Assembly (NCBI GenBank): GCA_963514005.1
Contig: OY740789.1
Span: 21,948,001 to 22,012,000 of the forward strand
Source of the DNA: Raja brachyura
Taxonomy: Eukaryota
Direction: 5' to 3'
Length of the DNA stretch: 64,000 nucleotides
In this document: positions 11,761 through 24,349 of the stretch, in pieces
Layout: each line of letters starts with the position of its first letter
How positions within the stretch are numbered: position 1 is the stretch's first letter
Program-made: the position numbers and the translations under genes
The notes under the pieces: generated by a model
Database searches by the model: none
What the model was told of the DNA's origin: nothing
Seen by the model: only the letters and a program-made list of their open reading frames with translations

Positions 11761-12836
11761 TAGAGGTATCCATATGATGGTAGCCAGTGATCAAACGGGA
11801 GGGATAAGATGAGTGTTAACACTCAAGGAGAGAGTAATGCACAAAACAACCCACATTGTAGAATGTGAGGTCTTTTGCTTTTAATAACATCTCATAAGTG
11901 ATTGGAACAGAATTAGGCCATTCAGCCCATCAAGTCTACTCCACCATTCAATCTTTTAAAAATAGACGTGGAATCAAACGCAGAAAGAAATAATATTATA
12001 TTAAGGTGATCACGATTACATATATTGGGGAAACACTGTGTATATGTTGTGTAAAATAGATTTAATTACACAAAGGAACAAGTGCAAGTTAAACAAAATT
12101 AATATGTTGTTCTGAGTTGTGAAATTTATCTCTGTGAAACTCTCCATCTTCTCTCCTGCACCTTTCCTCTGTGTTACCTGATCCTGCCTATCTTTTATTT
12201 AAATTGACATCTGCTGTGCTCATCCTTCTGAGCTGTGGAGGCCATGGGTTCGGGAAGCTTTTAATATGCTGTTGCACTGATGAATCCTAAATAGCATTTC
12301 TGTGTTAATTAGTGTTATAAACAGCCGCGGATCTGACTTTCCAGTGACACCTTGCTGAGCATATGACAAAGTCATTGGGTAATTAGTTGTAGCTGCTTCA
12401 CGTGCATTTTGAAATAAACTAAAGTTAGCAAATCAGTGACACCTAACATTCTTGCCTTGGTTCTGGCTAGTATCTTTATTCTTAGTTATATATTGCTGCT
12501 GCACAGGGAGCAATGCAGATAGACAAATGCAAGCTGTCCTGTTATTTTTGGCGTATTGGAGATGCTATATCAATACAATCTTTTGTTATTGTTATTTATT
12601 GGGATGCACTTAGGAAAACAATTCCTCACAAGCACGTATACGTGCAGGAGAGGACTGCAGATGCTGGTTTACACTGAAGATAGGCACAAAATGCTGGAGT
12701 AACTCAGTGGGATAGAAGGAAAAGGTAATGTTTCAGGTCAAGACCCCTTTTCAGACTGTCTATGTGATTTTTATTAATTCGTCCATTCAACGGGTGTTTC
12801 CTTTGCAGGCTGAACTACATTTAATTGTCTATCCCT

Positions 12837-12973
12837 TCTTTTTCTTTTGTGTGGCGTGCACAGCCTAAAGTTTTTGGACAACTCGTTCTATTTGATCTTC
12901 TGTTTGTGCACGTCGAGTTGATTGCATTAGTCGAAACAGGGCGGACCACGTGAAGGTTGCAATCTTCCACCCC
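12837..12973 (-). mobile_element. ~137-nt retroelement with 5' HDV-like ribozyme and GAA-rich tail, copy 1
   Basis: Near-identical to 36632-36766. TSD TGTCTATCCC(T) at 12826-12836 and 12974-12984. Confidence 0.9.
12920..12973 (-). ncRNA. Minimal HDV/CPEB3-like self-cleaving ribozyme (predicted)
   Basis: P1 GGGGUGG/CCGCCCU (G1-U wobble), P2 GAUUGCA/UGCAAUC, P3 ACC/GGU, L3 UUCACGU, J1/4 GU, short UUCGA in place of P4, J4/2 CUAA. Confidence 0.8.
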
Positions 12974-13689
12974 TGTCTATCCCTGATGGTTCTTGAGAAG
13001 GTGACAGTGAGCTGCCATCTTGGACCACTGGAGTCCATGAGGTGTAAGTGCATTCCTGGATTTTGGCCCAAGGCCCAGTGACAGTGAAGGAACGGCGAGT
13101 TAGTTGTAACTCAGGAAGGTATACGGCTTGATGGACAATTTCCAGGTGATGCTGTTTCCATATGTTTGCTGCTCTTGTCCTTCTAGCTGCTAGAGGTCAT
13201 TGGTTTAGAAGTGTCAGTTGTCTTGATGAGTTACTGCAGTGCATCCTGCAGATGGTTTAAACTGCTGCTATGGTGCATCGGTGGTGACGGGAGTGAATGG
13301 TTGTGGAATGGCTGTTTGCCAAATGGGCTGCTCTTTGCTTCGGGGTGTTGAGCTTCTTGAGTGGTTTTAAGTTCCATTCATCCAGGTAAGTGTAGAGTAT
13401 TCCATTGCATTCCTGATTTAAGCCTTGTAAATTGGGGACAGGCTCTGGGACGATTTACGAGGTGGCTTTCCCACCATAATATTCCTAGCCATTCCCTTGC
13501 TCTCGCAGCCACTTTTGTGTATATGGATACTCCGGTTCAGTTTCAGGCTGCAGAGCCCTATTCACCCGTGTCCTTCCTTAAGCTCCGGATTACTGTGAAA
13601 AGGGTAACCCACCTCCTGAAACTTCCCTGAGTTTCTCGCTCCCAATTCAGATAATTGTAGGATTAAGTGTCGCATCAATGAGGCGAATG

Positions 13690-13900
13690 CAACCACTACT
13701 GCAATGCTGACAGTGTTGCCTTGCAGATCGTTTCCTGGACAATATTCATCAGTGAAGAAACATCACCAAAAGCTAGATTTTGCATTCATCATATGTTGCT
13801 GATTGCGGAAGCATGTTGTGGGCAAGTTAGATGCCAATGCACTGAAATTCCTGAGTATAATGCATGTTAGTGGGATTTGATAATAAGAGGCTGTGTGAGA
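13690..13900 (+). mobile_element. Highly diverged Deu-domain SINE relic (tentative)
   Basis: GGACAATATTCATC...AACATCACCAAAA...GATTTTGCATTCATCATATGTTGCTG resembles the DeuSINE core as remembered; not aligned computationally. Confidence 0.4.
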
Positions 13901-14475
13901 GACATCAGCTCCAGCCATCACATTGTGGCTGGAACGACAAACCTGCCATTGACTGCCATAATTACCACAACTGTCTCTTGGCAAATCCTTACCAAACCTG
14001 CTGAACCTGGGCCAAACGCAGGCAGGTGGGACTAGTGTAGATGTGGCATATTGGTCGGTGTGGGCAAGTTGGGCCAATAGGCCTGTTTCCATGCTGCATA
14101 GTTCTGTGCCTTTATAACTGCATTGAGATTTCATCAGTCCATGCATCAGTGTATTCCATGCCACACCATTCACTGTCTCACAGGCATACGGGCATCACAC
14201 TCTTGACTTGAACCTTGTGGATGGTGGACAATCTCTGGGAAGTTGTAGCCAGTGAGTTACCCACCATGTTATTCATAGTCTCTAATGCATTGCAGTATTT
14301 GTTCATTGATGCAAGACTTAAATCTACAACGATCTGAAGTAGGAGCTAAGATTTCACAGTAAGCCGGAGCTGAAGAAAGGAGCCAGGTGAGTAGAACTCT
14401 GCATTCTGAGACTGAGCTAGAGTGGCCATATACACAATGTGGCTGACTTACTGGCATGCACGAGAGGTCCCATGG

Positions 14476-14792
14476 TTAGTTTAGTTTTTTTTAGTTTAGA
14501 GATATAGCGTGGAACCAGGCCCTTTGGCCCACCGAGTCCGCATCAACCAGCGATCCCTACACATCCTACACACACTAGCGAAAATTTACACTTATACCAA
14601 GCTAATTAACTTACAAACCTGTACGTCTTTGGAGTGTGGGAGGAAACTGAAGATCTCAGAGAAAACCCACGCGGTCACGTGGAAAATGTACAAACTCCGT
14701 ACAGACAGCACCCGTAGTTGGGATCGAAACCGGGTCTCTGGCGATGCAAGCGCTGTAAGGCAGCAACTCTACCGCTGCGCCACCGTGCTGCC
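14476..14792 (-). mobile_element. tRNA-derived SINE (HE1/V-SINE-like), full length
   Basis: Head GGGCAGCACGGTGGCGCAGCGGTAGAG, B-box, V-like core, (CTAAA)n tail. Confidence 0.85.
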
Positions 14793-14919
14793 CATAAGTT
14801 GTCACATGCAATGGTGACACCCACCTAACACTACTGCTACAAGGCAGTCCATGGGATCTGAACTTCCAGGTGCTTTAGAGAATGTGGGTCTATTTAAAAG
14901 AATATCAGGATTAACCTAA

Positions 14920-15640
14920 CTCCCCTACATTGGTGATACCAAGCGCAGGCTGGTCCTTTGCTGACCATCTACACTCTGTCTGATTTGCCCATCGGGCTCA
15001 TTGTTTCAAGGTATATTAATTCCCCTTCCCATTCCCACAACAGGCTGTCAGTCCTCAACCTCTTCCACTGCCAGTGGTGATGCTAAAGGCAACTTATAGG
15101 AACAGCACCTCGTGTTCCATCTGGATAGTTTACAACCCAACAGTATGTACTCCAACAGTTATCCAAATTTCAGGTAATCTGCACCCCCTCTCCTTTTCAC
15201 GTCCATTTATGTCCTCTCACACACATTCTTTCCAGCCTTCCCTCAAAGCCACCTATTACCCCGTTTCTTTCTCCTTCCTCCACTGTTCTGACCTACCAAC
15301 TATGCCACCCTTATTGTTGCTACTCTTTCTTTCTTATCAGATTCCATATCCTGCAGAAGATTGTTCTCTCGTCTGACCCCCATCTCAGCCTGTCGCTAAC
15401 TCCACCCTTCCCTCTCCTCCCTAACAATCTCTGCCAATCGACTCCCCCCTCACCTGTAACCACCTATCACTTGCTGGCTCTACCCCCACTCCGCTCCCCC
15501 CCCCCCCCCCCCCCCCACCCCCTCTCACCTCTTTACACTCTCTCTGCTCGCTCAGGTGCAAGTCTTGACCCGAAATGCCGACTGTCCGTTTACATCCACA
15601 GATGCCGCCTGACTTTCTGAGTTCTTCGAGCAATATGGTG
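14920..15640 (+). mobile_element. Penelope-like element fragment (diverged)
   Basis: Similar to the reverse complement of 18690-19140; ends in GACCCGAAA...CAGATGCCGCCTGAC terminal motif. Confidence 0.55.
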
Positions 15641-15949
15641 TTTAATCTAAACTAGACTAGGGTATTTTTTTTTAATGATTGGAGATTTGGAGACTTGGAA
15701 ACTGAATGACATCCACCTACATTGCAAAATTGGTTTTGGAATTTGAACTTTAGTGCAATTATCGGAAGGAAGTAACACATCGCCTCCTTCAAAAGTATTG
15801 AATGTGACAAATAGATATTTCTATATGCACTGATATTGCAGATTTAAAATCCTTGCAAGGCATTTCAGCAGATAATTCTCCAAACAGATAGATGGCCTTC
15901 TCCGTGGTGATGTTGGACCAAGAATAAACATATTATAGGTTTACAAACC

Positions 15950-16820
15950 ATAGGTTTAAGGTGAAGGGGAAAAGATTTAATAGGAATCTGAAGGGTAACT
16001 TTTTCACGCAAAGAGTGGTGGGTGTATGGAACAAGCTGCCAGAGGAGGTAGTTGTGGCTGGGACTATCCCAACGTTTAAGAAACAGTTAGATAGGCACAT
16101 GGATAGGACAGGTTTGAAACATAGAAACATAGAAAATAGGTGCAGGAGTAGGCCATTCGGCCCTTCGAGCCTGCACCGCCATTCAATATGATCATGGCTG
16201 ATCATCCAACTCAGTATCCTGTACATGCCCTCTCTCCATACCCACTGATCCCTTTAGCCACAAGGGCCACATCTAACTCCCTCTTAAATATAGCCAATAA
16301 ACTGGCCTCAACTACCTTCTGTGGCAGAGAATTCCACAGATTCACCACTCTCTGTGTGAAAAATGTTTTTCTCATCTCGGTCCTAAAAGACTTCCCCCTT
16401 ATCCTTAAACTGTCACCCCTTGTTCTGGACTTCCCCAACATCGGGAACAATCTTCCTGCATCTAGCCTGTCCAACCCCTTAAGGATTTTGTAAGTTTCTA
16501 TAAGATCCCTCCTCAATCTTCTAAATTCTAGCGAGTACAAGCTGAGTCTATCCAGTCTTTCTTCATATGAAAGTCGGGCCATCCCAGGAATCAGTCTGGT
16601 GAACCTTCTCTGTACTCCCTCTATGGCAAGAATGTCTTTCCTCAGATTAGGAGACCAAAACTGTACACAATACTCCAGGTGTGGTCTCATCAAGGCCCTG
16701 TACAACTGCAGTTTGGAGGGATATGGACCAAATGCGGACAGGTGGGACTAGTGTAGCTGGGACATGTTGGCCAGTGAGGGAAAGTGAAGGGCCTGTTTCC
16801 ACACTGTCTCACTCTGACTA
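15950..16820. mobile_element. Nested CR1 3' ends: minus copy (16117-16710) inside a plus copy
   Basis: RPHLEYCVQFWSP...FFTQRVVNLWNSLP CR1 ORF2 C-terminus. The host copy resumes at 16711; GTTTG flanks both sides. Confidence 0.85.
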
Positions 16821-17100
16821 TATCCCTTTAACCAATAAATAATTAATCCTTTTAACATCAGTGGTGAAAAGGACTCTGAGGTGCACTATGTTTTCATTTG
16901 GAGAGGTGAGTGCTAGCCTAGAGGTATGTTGGCCAGTGAGGGCAAGTGAAGGGCCTGTTTCCCTCCACAACAACTATTTTGCTCCACTTCCATTTAATGC
17001 ACCCATCCACCAGCTACTGAATGTGATGCTCTGCACCATCACGCTGACGATCATCCCCCCCTGCGATCTTGCGGACCCCAATGTGCATCCCTGGTCACCT

Positions 17101-17405
17101 GGTGGAAGAGTGGCTCAGCTGTAGAGTTGCTGCCTTACAGCAACAGAGACCCAGGCCAGAGACTGACTACAGGTGCTATCAGTACAGCGTCTGTAGGTTC
17201 TCCCTGTGTCCGCATGGGTTTTCTCCAGGTGCTCCAGTTGCCTGTCACATTCCAAACAAGTGCAGGTTTGTAGGTTAATTGGCTTGTGTAAATTGTCCCC
17301 AGTGTGCAGGATAAAACTGGTGTACGGGTGATTGCTCAATAGTACGATGCGGACTCGATTGGCCGAAGAACCTGTTTTCAGGCTGCATCTCTAAACTAAG
17401 CTAAA
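17101..17405 (+). mobile_element. tRNA-derived SINE (HE1/V-SINE-like)
   Basis: Same family as 14476-14792, with CTAAA tail. Confidence 0.8.
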
Positions 17406-17910
17406 TTAAACAAATCTCTCCTGATTTCTTCCTTGAACTCCTTCTCTCTCCACCACCCTCCTGACGATTTCCTTCCCAACCCTTCGCTCTGACCCATAAC
17501 TAAAACATTCCTGGTTGTAGATTACGAACAACAAGAATATTGCTAGTGTCATGTGGCAACTATGCAACAGATTTCCTGTAACTCCTGCACTTATCATTTT
17601 GGATCTCCTGAACAATCATGTCGTCCTATTATTATCCCCACTTAAAAGAGACAGAATTCTGAGTTGGATTGGGATTGTATCTTCTCTGTTGTATTTTCCT
17701 CGTCGCATTGGAGCTGAAGTCTGATTTATTGCCTGTCTATCCTCTCCCCTTTCAGAGGTATTTTTTAATTATATGCACAGCAGGAATCTTTTGGAGACTA
17801 ATTACCTATGTTTGGGAAAGTCTTGTTTCCAGTTAACACAGTAATGTTTACTGAAAGTGATTATGAAAATTGAAACACCCAGTTTCTTCTCCTGTTTGAA
17901 CAATTTTATT

Positions 17911-18045
17911 CATCAGTCTGATGAAGGGTCTCAACCCGAAACATCACCTATTCCTTTTCTCCAGAGATGCTGCCTGACCCAGAGTTACTTCAGTATTTGT
18001 GTCTATCTTCAGTGTAAACCAGCATCTGCAGTTCCTTCTTACACA
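17911..18045 (+). mobile_element. Penelope-like terminal repeat fragment with hammerhead-like core
   Basis: CTGATGA-A-GGGTCTCAACCC-GAAAC followed by CCAGAGATGCTGCCTGACC...CCAGCATCTGCAGTTCCTTC. Confidence 0.6.
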
Positions 18046-18235
18046 TGTCTAAGTCTCTCCTCAGCTTCCTTTGCCCCAAGCAGAACAATCTCTGTTTTCC
18101 CAACATAATTTTGTAGATAAAATTCTGCCTTCCTAGAAATATTCTGGAATATCTAATCTCCACCTAAATCATACATCTTAGCATTCTATCGAATGTGTTC
18201 TATCGAAATTCTAGTTGTACACTGATCTGAGTTTT

Positions 18236-18620
18236 ATGTTTAGTTTAGAGATACAGCGCGGAAACAAGCTCATTGGCCCACCACGTCCGCACCGACCAGT
18301 GATCCCCGCACATTAACACTATCCTACACACACTAGGGACAATTTACACTTATCCCAAGCCAGTTATTACATTGAATGGATGTGCTGGCTCGAAGGCCCG
18401 AATGGCCTCCTCCTGCACCTATTGTCTCTGTAATTAACCTACAAACCTTTACTTCTTTGGGGTGTGAGAGGAAACCTAAGTTCTCCGAGAAAACCACGTG
18501 GTCACGGGGCAAACATACAAACTCCGTACAGAAAGCACCCGTAGTCAGGGTCAATCCCATGTCTCCAGCACTGCAAGCGCTGTAAGGCAGCAACTCTACT
18601 GCTGCACCATCGTGCCACCC
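18236..18620 (-). mobile_element. tRNA-derived SINE interrupted by a short CR1 tail (about 18367-18431)
   Basis: SINE family motifs on both sides of a CATTGAATGG...CTCCTGCACCTATTG insert. Confidence 0.75.
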
Positions 18621-18687
18621 CATTCATCATTACTGCTCTGCATTTACGCTTGAATAATCCCTTTTTGAAGCGCAAGTAATATACGTT

Positions 18688-19140
18688 GAAGAAGGAACTG
18701 CAGATGCTGAAAAATCGAAGGTAGACAAAAATGCTGGAGAAACTCAGCAGGTGAGGCAGCATCTATTGAGCGAAGGAAATAGGCAACGTTTCGGGTTGAA
18801 ACACTTCTTCAGACTGATGTGAGGGTGGGGCGGGTGGAAGAAAAGAAGGAAGGAAGGAAGAGGTGGAGCCAGAGTGCTGATGGAGAGATGAGAAGGGGAG
18901 GAGAAAGTAAAGACTACCTGAAATAAAGAAGTCAATGTTCATACCGCTGGGGTGCAAACTGCCCAAGCGAAATATGAGGCGCTACTCCTCCAATTTACGG
19001 TGGTCCTCACTCTGGCCATGGAGGAGGCCCAGGACAGAAAGGTCGGGTTCGGAATGGGAGGGGGAGTTGAAGTGCTGAGCCTCCGGGAGATCAGGTTGGT
19101 TATTGCGAACCAAGCGGAGGTGTTCGACGAAGCGATCGCC
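18688..19140 (-). mobile_element. Penelope-like element 3' fragment
   Basis: Terminal motif GAAGGAACTGCAGATGCTG...ACGTTTCGGG...TTCTTCAGACTGA plus adjacent degenerate coding sequence shared with 39230-39357 and 54900-55130. Confidence 0.6.
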
Positions 19141-20965
19141 AATATACGTTACTTACTTCCCTTCCAATATAAAAAGAAAGAAATTGAGAATGCTGTAAAT
19201 AAGCAGAGGTCAGGCTGCAATTTGCAGAGCAAAAAAGAGCTAATGTTTAAAGTCAATAACTTTTAATAGAATTGAAAACATTTAGAGATCAAGCACGTTT
19301 CATTCAGTGTAGAAGGCTTGGTGGTGGAGAAAAAAGATGTATATCTGGGATGGGTCTCCCATCATAGGTATTCCCATTGTTTCCTCCATCCCTTTCCCTT
19401 CCCTACAATGTTGGAATCATCTTCATCATGTGCCTTTGATTTTGATACCATCAACTAATTTTAGCTCTGTATTTTATATATATATATATGAAAAAAGGCA
19501 CTTGTCCACCATCCTCTGCTCTGCAATGTGAACTAGTTTCTGAATATAAGCCAAGTTGACCCTCACTCTTCTGTTGTATGAGACTCCATTTCATTGAGCA
19601 CCCCTCAATGTGGTACTTTATCCATCAACACCCCAATGACATACAGATTGTGGAGATTAATTGCCCTAGTGTGTAGGTGAATGACATAATCTAGTTGGAG
19701 TTGATGGGAATGCAGAGAGAATATGTGTGGGATTTACGATTAGTGTAAAAGAATGCTTGATGGTTGGCACAGGTTCATTGGATTGAAGGACCTATTTCTG
19801 TGATGTATGTAATTAAATCTGTAACACTGTAAAATGGGTAGGTACCCACACCACACAAAAACTATTTTTAGGTGTAGAAAATAAACATAGGATATACTTT
19901 GAGATTAGAAGCAATAATCTTGTTTGACATTTGAATCGTTATTAAACATTGAAAGGAAGGAATGACAAAATATTTTGGTTGTAGAACCTTTGTTGGAAAT
20001 TCATCACAAATATCAATTTCTGCAGAGTTGAGCCTAAAATCAATACCATCAATTGTTTCAGCATGGAAAACAAGGGTCATTAGTCTCTAGGCGGGATCAG
20101 ATTTTCAATCTAGATCAAAATTCCCTTGTTGAACAAAATGACAGGTTATCTGTAAAGTTCCAGATCATTGATTTTATTAAACATTTCAGGCAGTTTATAT
20201 TTTAATTGGCTGGGTTCTATTTACTACGTCAAGCAGTAAGGGAGAGAGAACAATATTGAATTTCTGCTTAGACATCAATTTTCTTTAACAACTTTCCTTA
20301 CAAACATTTTATCCTTTTTGGGCTGTTTCTAAATAGATCTTCAGCTGCACAATTTTGCCTTCCTCCCCAGTCTTTTAATGTCTGAAAGGTTCCATTACCA
20401 CGTGAATCGGGGGAGGGGAAATGAATCATTCCACAAGTGGCTAAGCTAGGCTTTTACCAAGATAAATACAGCCAGTTAATTTTCTACCACCCACAGTTAG
20501 ATGTAAATCTCTACTTTCCCTCTGTACCAGCCATCAATTATAGAATTAGAAGCATTACGCAAAGTATTGATGTTTCATTTTCCAAGGTTGCTGTTCCAGA
20601 AATTTAACATGTTGCAAGCCGTGACATTTTAATTTGGAGATGGAGTGAATCTACTGTTGGGTTTAAGGTTGATAAATTTCCATGTGGCAAGTTGGTGCAA
20701 GAGTGATTGAAAGGTTACAGTCTGTTAACAGGGTAAGCAAAAGGAGAAGATTTGTAATCCCCATAAGATGATGGGAGTGGCTGGCGCTAGATGATAGTTG
20801 GGTGTTAGGTTCACACGTTCTTGGTGTAGAATTAGGCCATTCGGCCCATCTGGTCTATTCCACCATTCAATCATGGCTGATCGGCCTAAAGTTGAGGGTG
20901 TATTGTAAATCTTTCAATCGGCATCCGATTTATCCAAAACAATTTGGGCTGAACAGTTAGATTCC

Positions 20966-21035
20966 CTTTTCAGGAGAGGCTGGTTGGCAGTCGCTCTGTA
21001 AGCACAATACTAACATGAGTTTATGACTCGATGAA
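20966..21035. repeat. Target-site duplication copy A (70 bp)
   Basis: Matches 24350-24419 at 69/70 positions. Confidence 0.9.
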
Positions 21036-24000
21036 GTCAAGTCAAAGTCAAAAGAGTTTATTGTCATGTGTCCCTGACAGGACAATGAAAATCTTTCTTT
21101 GCATTGCACAACAGGACATAGAAGGCATTGACTACAATTCTATACATAAATACACCCATGAATTAATAAATTAATAAAGTGCAAATAACAGATGGAGGGA
21201 TATTAATGATTAGAGTTCCGAGCCAGGTTTAATAGCCTGATGGCTGTGGGGAAGTAGCTATTCTTAAACCGGTTGTTGCAGTCTTCAGGCTCCTGTACCT
21301 TCTACCCGAAGGTAGCAGGGAGATGAGTGTGTGGCTAGAGTGGTGTGGGTCCTTGATGATGCTGCCAGCCTTTTTGAGGCAGCGACTGTGATAAATCCCC
21401 TCGATGGAAGGAAGGTCAGAGCCGATGATGGCCTGGGCAGTGTTTACTACTTTTTTGAGTCTTTTCCTCTCCAGGGCGCTCAAGTTGCCGAACCAAGCCA
21501 CGATGCAACCAGTCAGCAAGCTCTCTACTGTACACCTGTAGATGTTAGAGAGAGTCCTCCTTGACAGACCAACTCTCCGTAATCTTCTCAGGAAGTAGAG
21601 GCGCTGATGAGCTTTCTTAATAATTGCATCTGTGTTCTCGGACCAGGAAAGATCTTCACAGATGTGCACGCCCAGGAATTTGAAGCTCTTGACCCTTTCC
21701 ACCATCGACCCGTTGATATAAACAGGTCTGTGGGTCCCCATCCTACTCCTTCCAAAGTCCACAATCAGTTCCTTGGTTTTGCTGGTGTTGAGGGCCAGGT
21801 TGTTGTGCTGGCACCATATGGACAGTCGCTCGATCTCTCTTCTATACTCGGACTCATCCCCATCAGTGATACGTCCCACAACAGTGGTGTCGTCAGCGAA
21901 CTTGATGATGGAGTTCGCGCTATGACCGGCTACGCAGTCATGAGTATAGAGTGAGTACAGCAGGGGGCTGAGCACGCAGCCCTGAGGTGCTCCCGTGCTG
22001 ATTGTTATCGAGTCTGACACATTTCCACCAATACGAACAGACTGTGGTCTGTGGGTGAGGAAGTCGAGGATCCAATTGCAGAGGGATGTGCAAAGACCCA
22101 GTTCTGCGAGTTTGGTAACCAGCTTGGAGGGGATGATTGTGTTAAATGCCAAGCTGTAGTCAATAAATAGCAGCCTGACATGAGTTTTTGATGTCCAAGT
22201 GGTCCCGAGCGGAGTGGAGGGCCAGCGAGATCGCGTCCACCGTTGATCTGTTGTGGCCGTAAGCGAACTGCAGTGGGTCCAGGTTTTTGTCGAGGTAGGA
22301 GTTGATTTGCGCCATGATCAACCTCTCGAAGCACTTCATCACCACAGGCGTTAGTGCCACAGGTCGATAGTCATTGAGGCACGTCACCTTGCTCTTCTTG
22401 GGCACCGGTATTATTGATGCCCTTTTGAAGCAGGTGGGAACCTCAGACCTCAGAAGTGACAGGTTGAAAATGTCCGTAAAAACTCCAGCCAGTTGGTCCA
22501 CACAGGTTTTTAGGACACAACCAGGTATACCATCAGGTCCAGACGCTTTTCGAGGGTTCACCCCACTGAAGGATTTCCTGACGTCGGCCTCTGTGACTGA
22601 GACTGAAATACCATCACAGCGAATAGGGGCTCGGAAAGGCACATCGGTGTTCTCCCTATCAAAGCGTGCGTAAAATGCATTGAGCTCATCAGGGAGTGAT
22701 GTATCGCCGACATCTGAGCTGCCTCCTGGTTTCGCCTTGTAAGAGGTGATTGCATTCAGTCCCCGCCACAGCTGCCGAACATCTGTCTCATCCTCCAGCT
22801 TGGAGCAGAACTCCCTTTTGGCCTTTTTGATGGCCTTACCAAGGTCGTATCTGGACTTCTTATAGACCACTGTGTCATCAGACATGAATGCCCGGTGTCT
22901 GGCCTTCAGAAGAGTGCGGATCTCACAGTTCATCCAAGGTTTCTGATTGGGAAATACTCGGAAGGTTTTTATAGGGATGCAGTCCTCCACACATTTCTTT
23001 ATGAAGTCTGTAACGACTGTGGCATATTCATTCAAGTCTGTTGCCGAGTCCTTGAACATAGCCCAGTCTACAGACTCCAAACAGTCTTGTAGTTGTTCTT
23101 CTGCCCCGCCGACCAGCTCTGTACTGTCCTCACCTCTGGGGGTGCACTCTTTAATTGCTGCCTGTAGGCAGGAAGAAGCAGCACCGCGGTATGGTCGGAT
23201 TTACCGAAGTGAGGGCGAGGGATAGAGCGGTATGCATCCTTGATGGTGGTGTAGCAGTGGTCGAGGGTGTTTGGTCCTCTAGTGCAGCAGGAGACATGTT
23301 GGTGGAAGTTGGGGAGTGACTTCTTTAGGTTTGCCTTATTGAAGTCCCCAGCAATGGTGGTAAATGCCTCGGGGTAAGACGTCTGGTGTTTGTTGACCAC
23401 GGCGTGCAGCTCCTCCAGTGCCAGACGGACGTCTGCCTGGGGTGGGATGTAGACCGCGGTCAGTATGATGGAGGTGAATTCCCTCGGTAGGTAGAAGGGA
23501 CGGCACTTCACCGCCAGATGTTCGAAGTGTGGAGAGCAGGAGTTGGACAGGACTACTACGTCTGAGCACCACGCAGAGTTGACCATGAGGCAGACATCCC
23601 CTCCTCTCCATTTCCCTGATGCCAGTGTATGGTCCATACGGCGGATGGAGAACCCTTCAGGCTGGACTGCTGAGTCTGGGGAGCTGGGGGTGAGCCATGT
23701 CTCTGTGAAACAGAACACAGAGCATTCCCTCAGCTCCCTTTGATAAAGCAGCCTTGCCCTTAAATCCTCCACTTTATTTTCAAGGGACTGTACATTGGCC
23801 AGTAGGATAGTAGGGAGAGGGGGCCGAAGTCCCCTGCGCTTCATTCTGACCTGAAGTCCTGCCCGTCGGCCACGTTTCCGGACACAATGGAGGCTTCTCC
23901 TTTGTTTCCAGGTACTGTGTTTCCTGTACCTGCTGTTTCTGTGGACCAGCGCTGGAACGGGAATTCCCTCAGAATCAGCAGCTCCAGCTCCGTAACGAAC

Positions 24001-24349
24001 AGGGGTTCCCTCAGAATCAGCAGCTCCAGCTTCATTTCTTCTGGGATATCCAGCCCGTCGGCTCTGGAGGTCATCCCGGGGTTTCCAGGTGCCATACCTG
24101 GGTTCTTCAGTCGGGTCGGGAGTTTCACAGCCAGCGTGGGAAAATTTAAAGTCCGGTGCTCCCGCAGCTGCGGGAGATCGCAAAATTGCCAGCACTTTCA
24201 GCTGCACAAGCAGCCTGTCTGAAACGGCACCGATTACTGCCGTTTCCCTGATGCAGGTAAGTTGATAGATGTTGTAGTTAAATCTTTTCTGTTCTGGTGC
24301 TCCGCAAAAGTCGCCGCAGGCAGGCGCCATCTTAACAGGATGGCGCCAT
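21036..24349 (-). mobile_element. Full-length Rex1/Babar-type non-LTR retrotransposon
   Basis: APE plus RT coding region, (TTGAC)n-like 3' tail at 21036-21053, flanked by a 70-bp direct repeat. Confidence 0.95.
21229..24330 (-). pseudogene. APE-RT polyprotein broken by two frameshifts
   Basis: Three consecutive frames: endonuclease (LANVQSL, FTETWL, AGDFN, LDH, SDH), then RT ([30 protein letters not shown]). Breaks near 23090 and 22170. Confidence 0.9.

Noticed and set aside
14690-14792. tRNA genes
   Set aside because: The A/B boxes belong to SINE heads that continue into core and tail; no complete cloverleaf.
15496-15523. Poly-C tract as the PRIMA1 proline-rich exon or a G-quadruplex element
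   Set aside because: It lies inside a Penelope-like fragment, without flanking PRIMA1 residues or splice sites.
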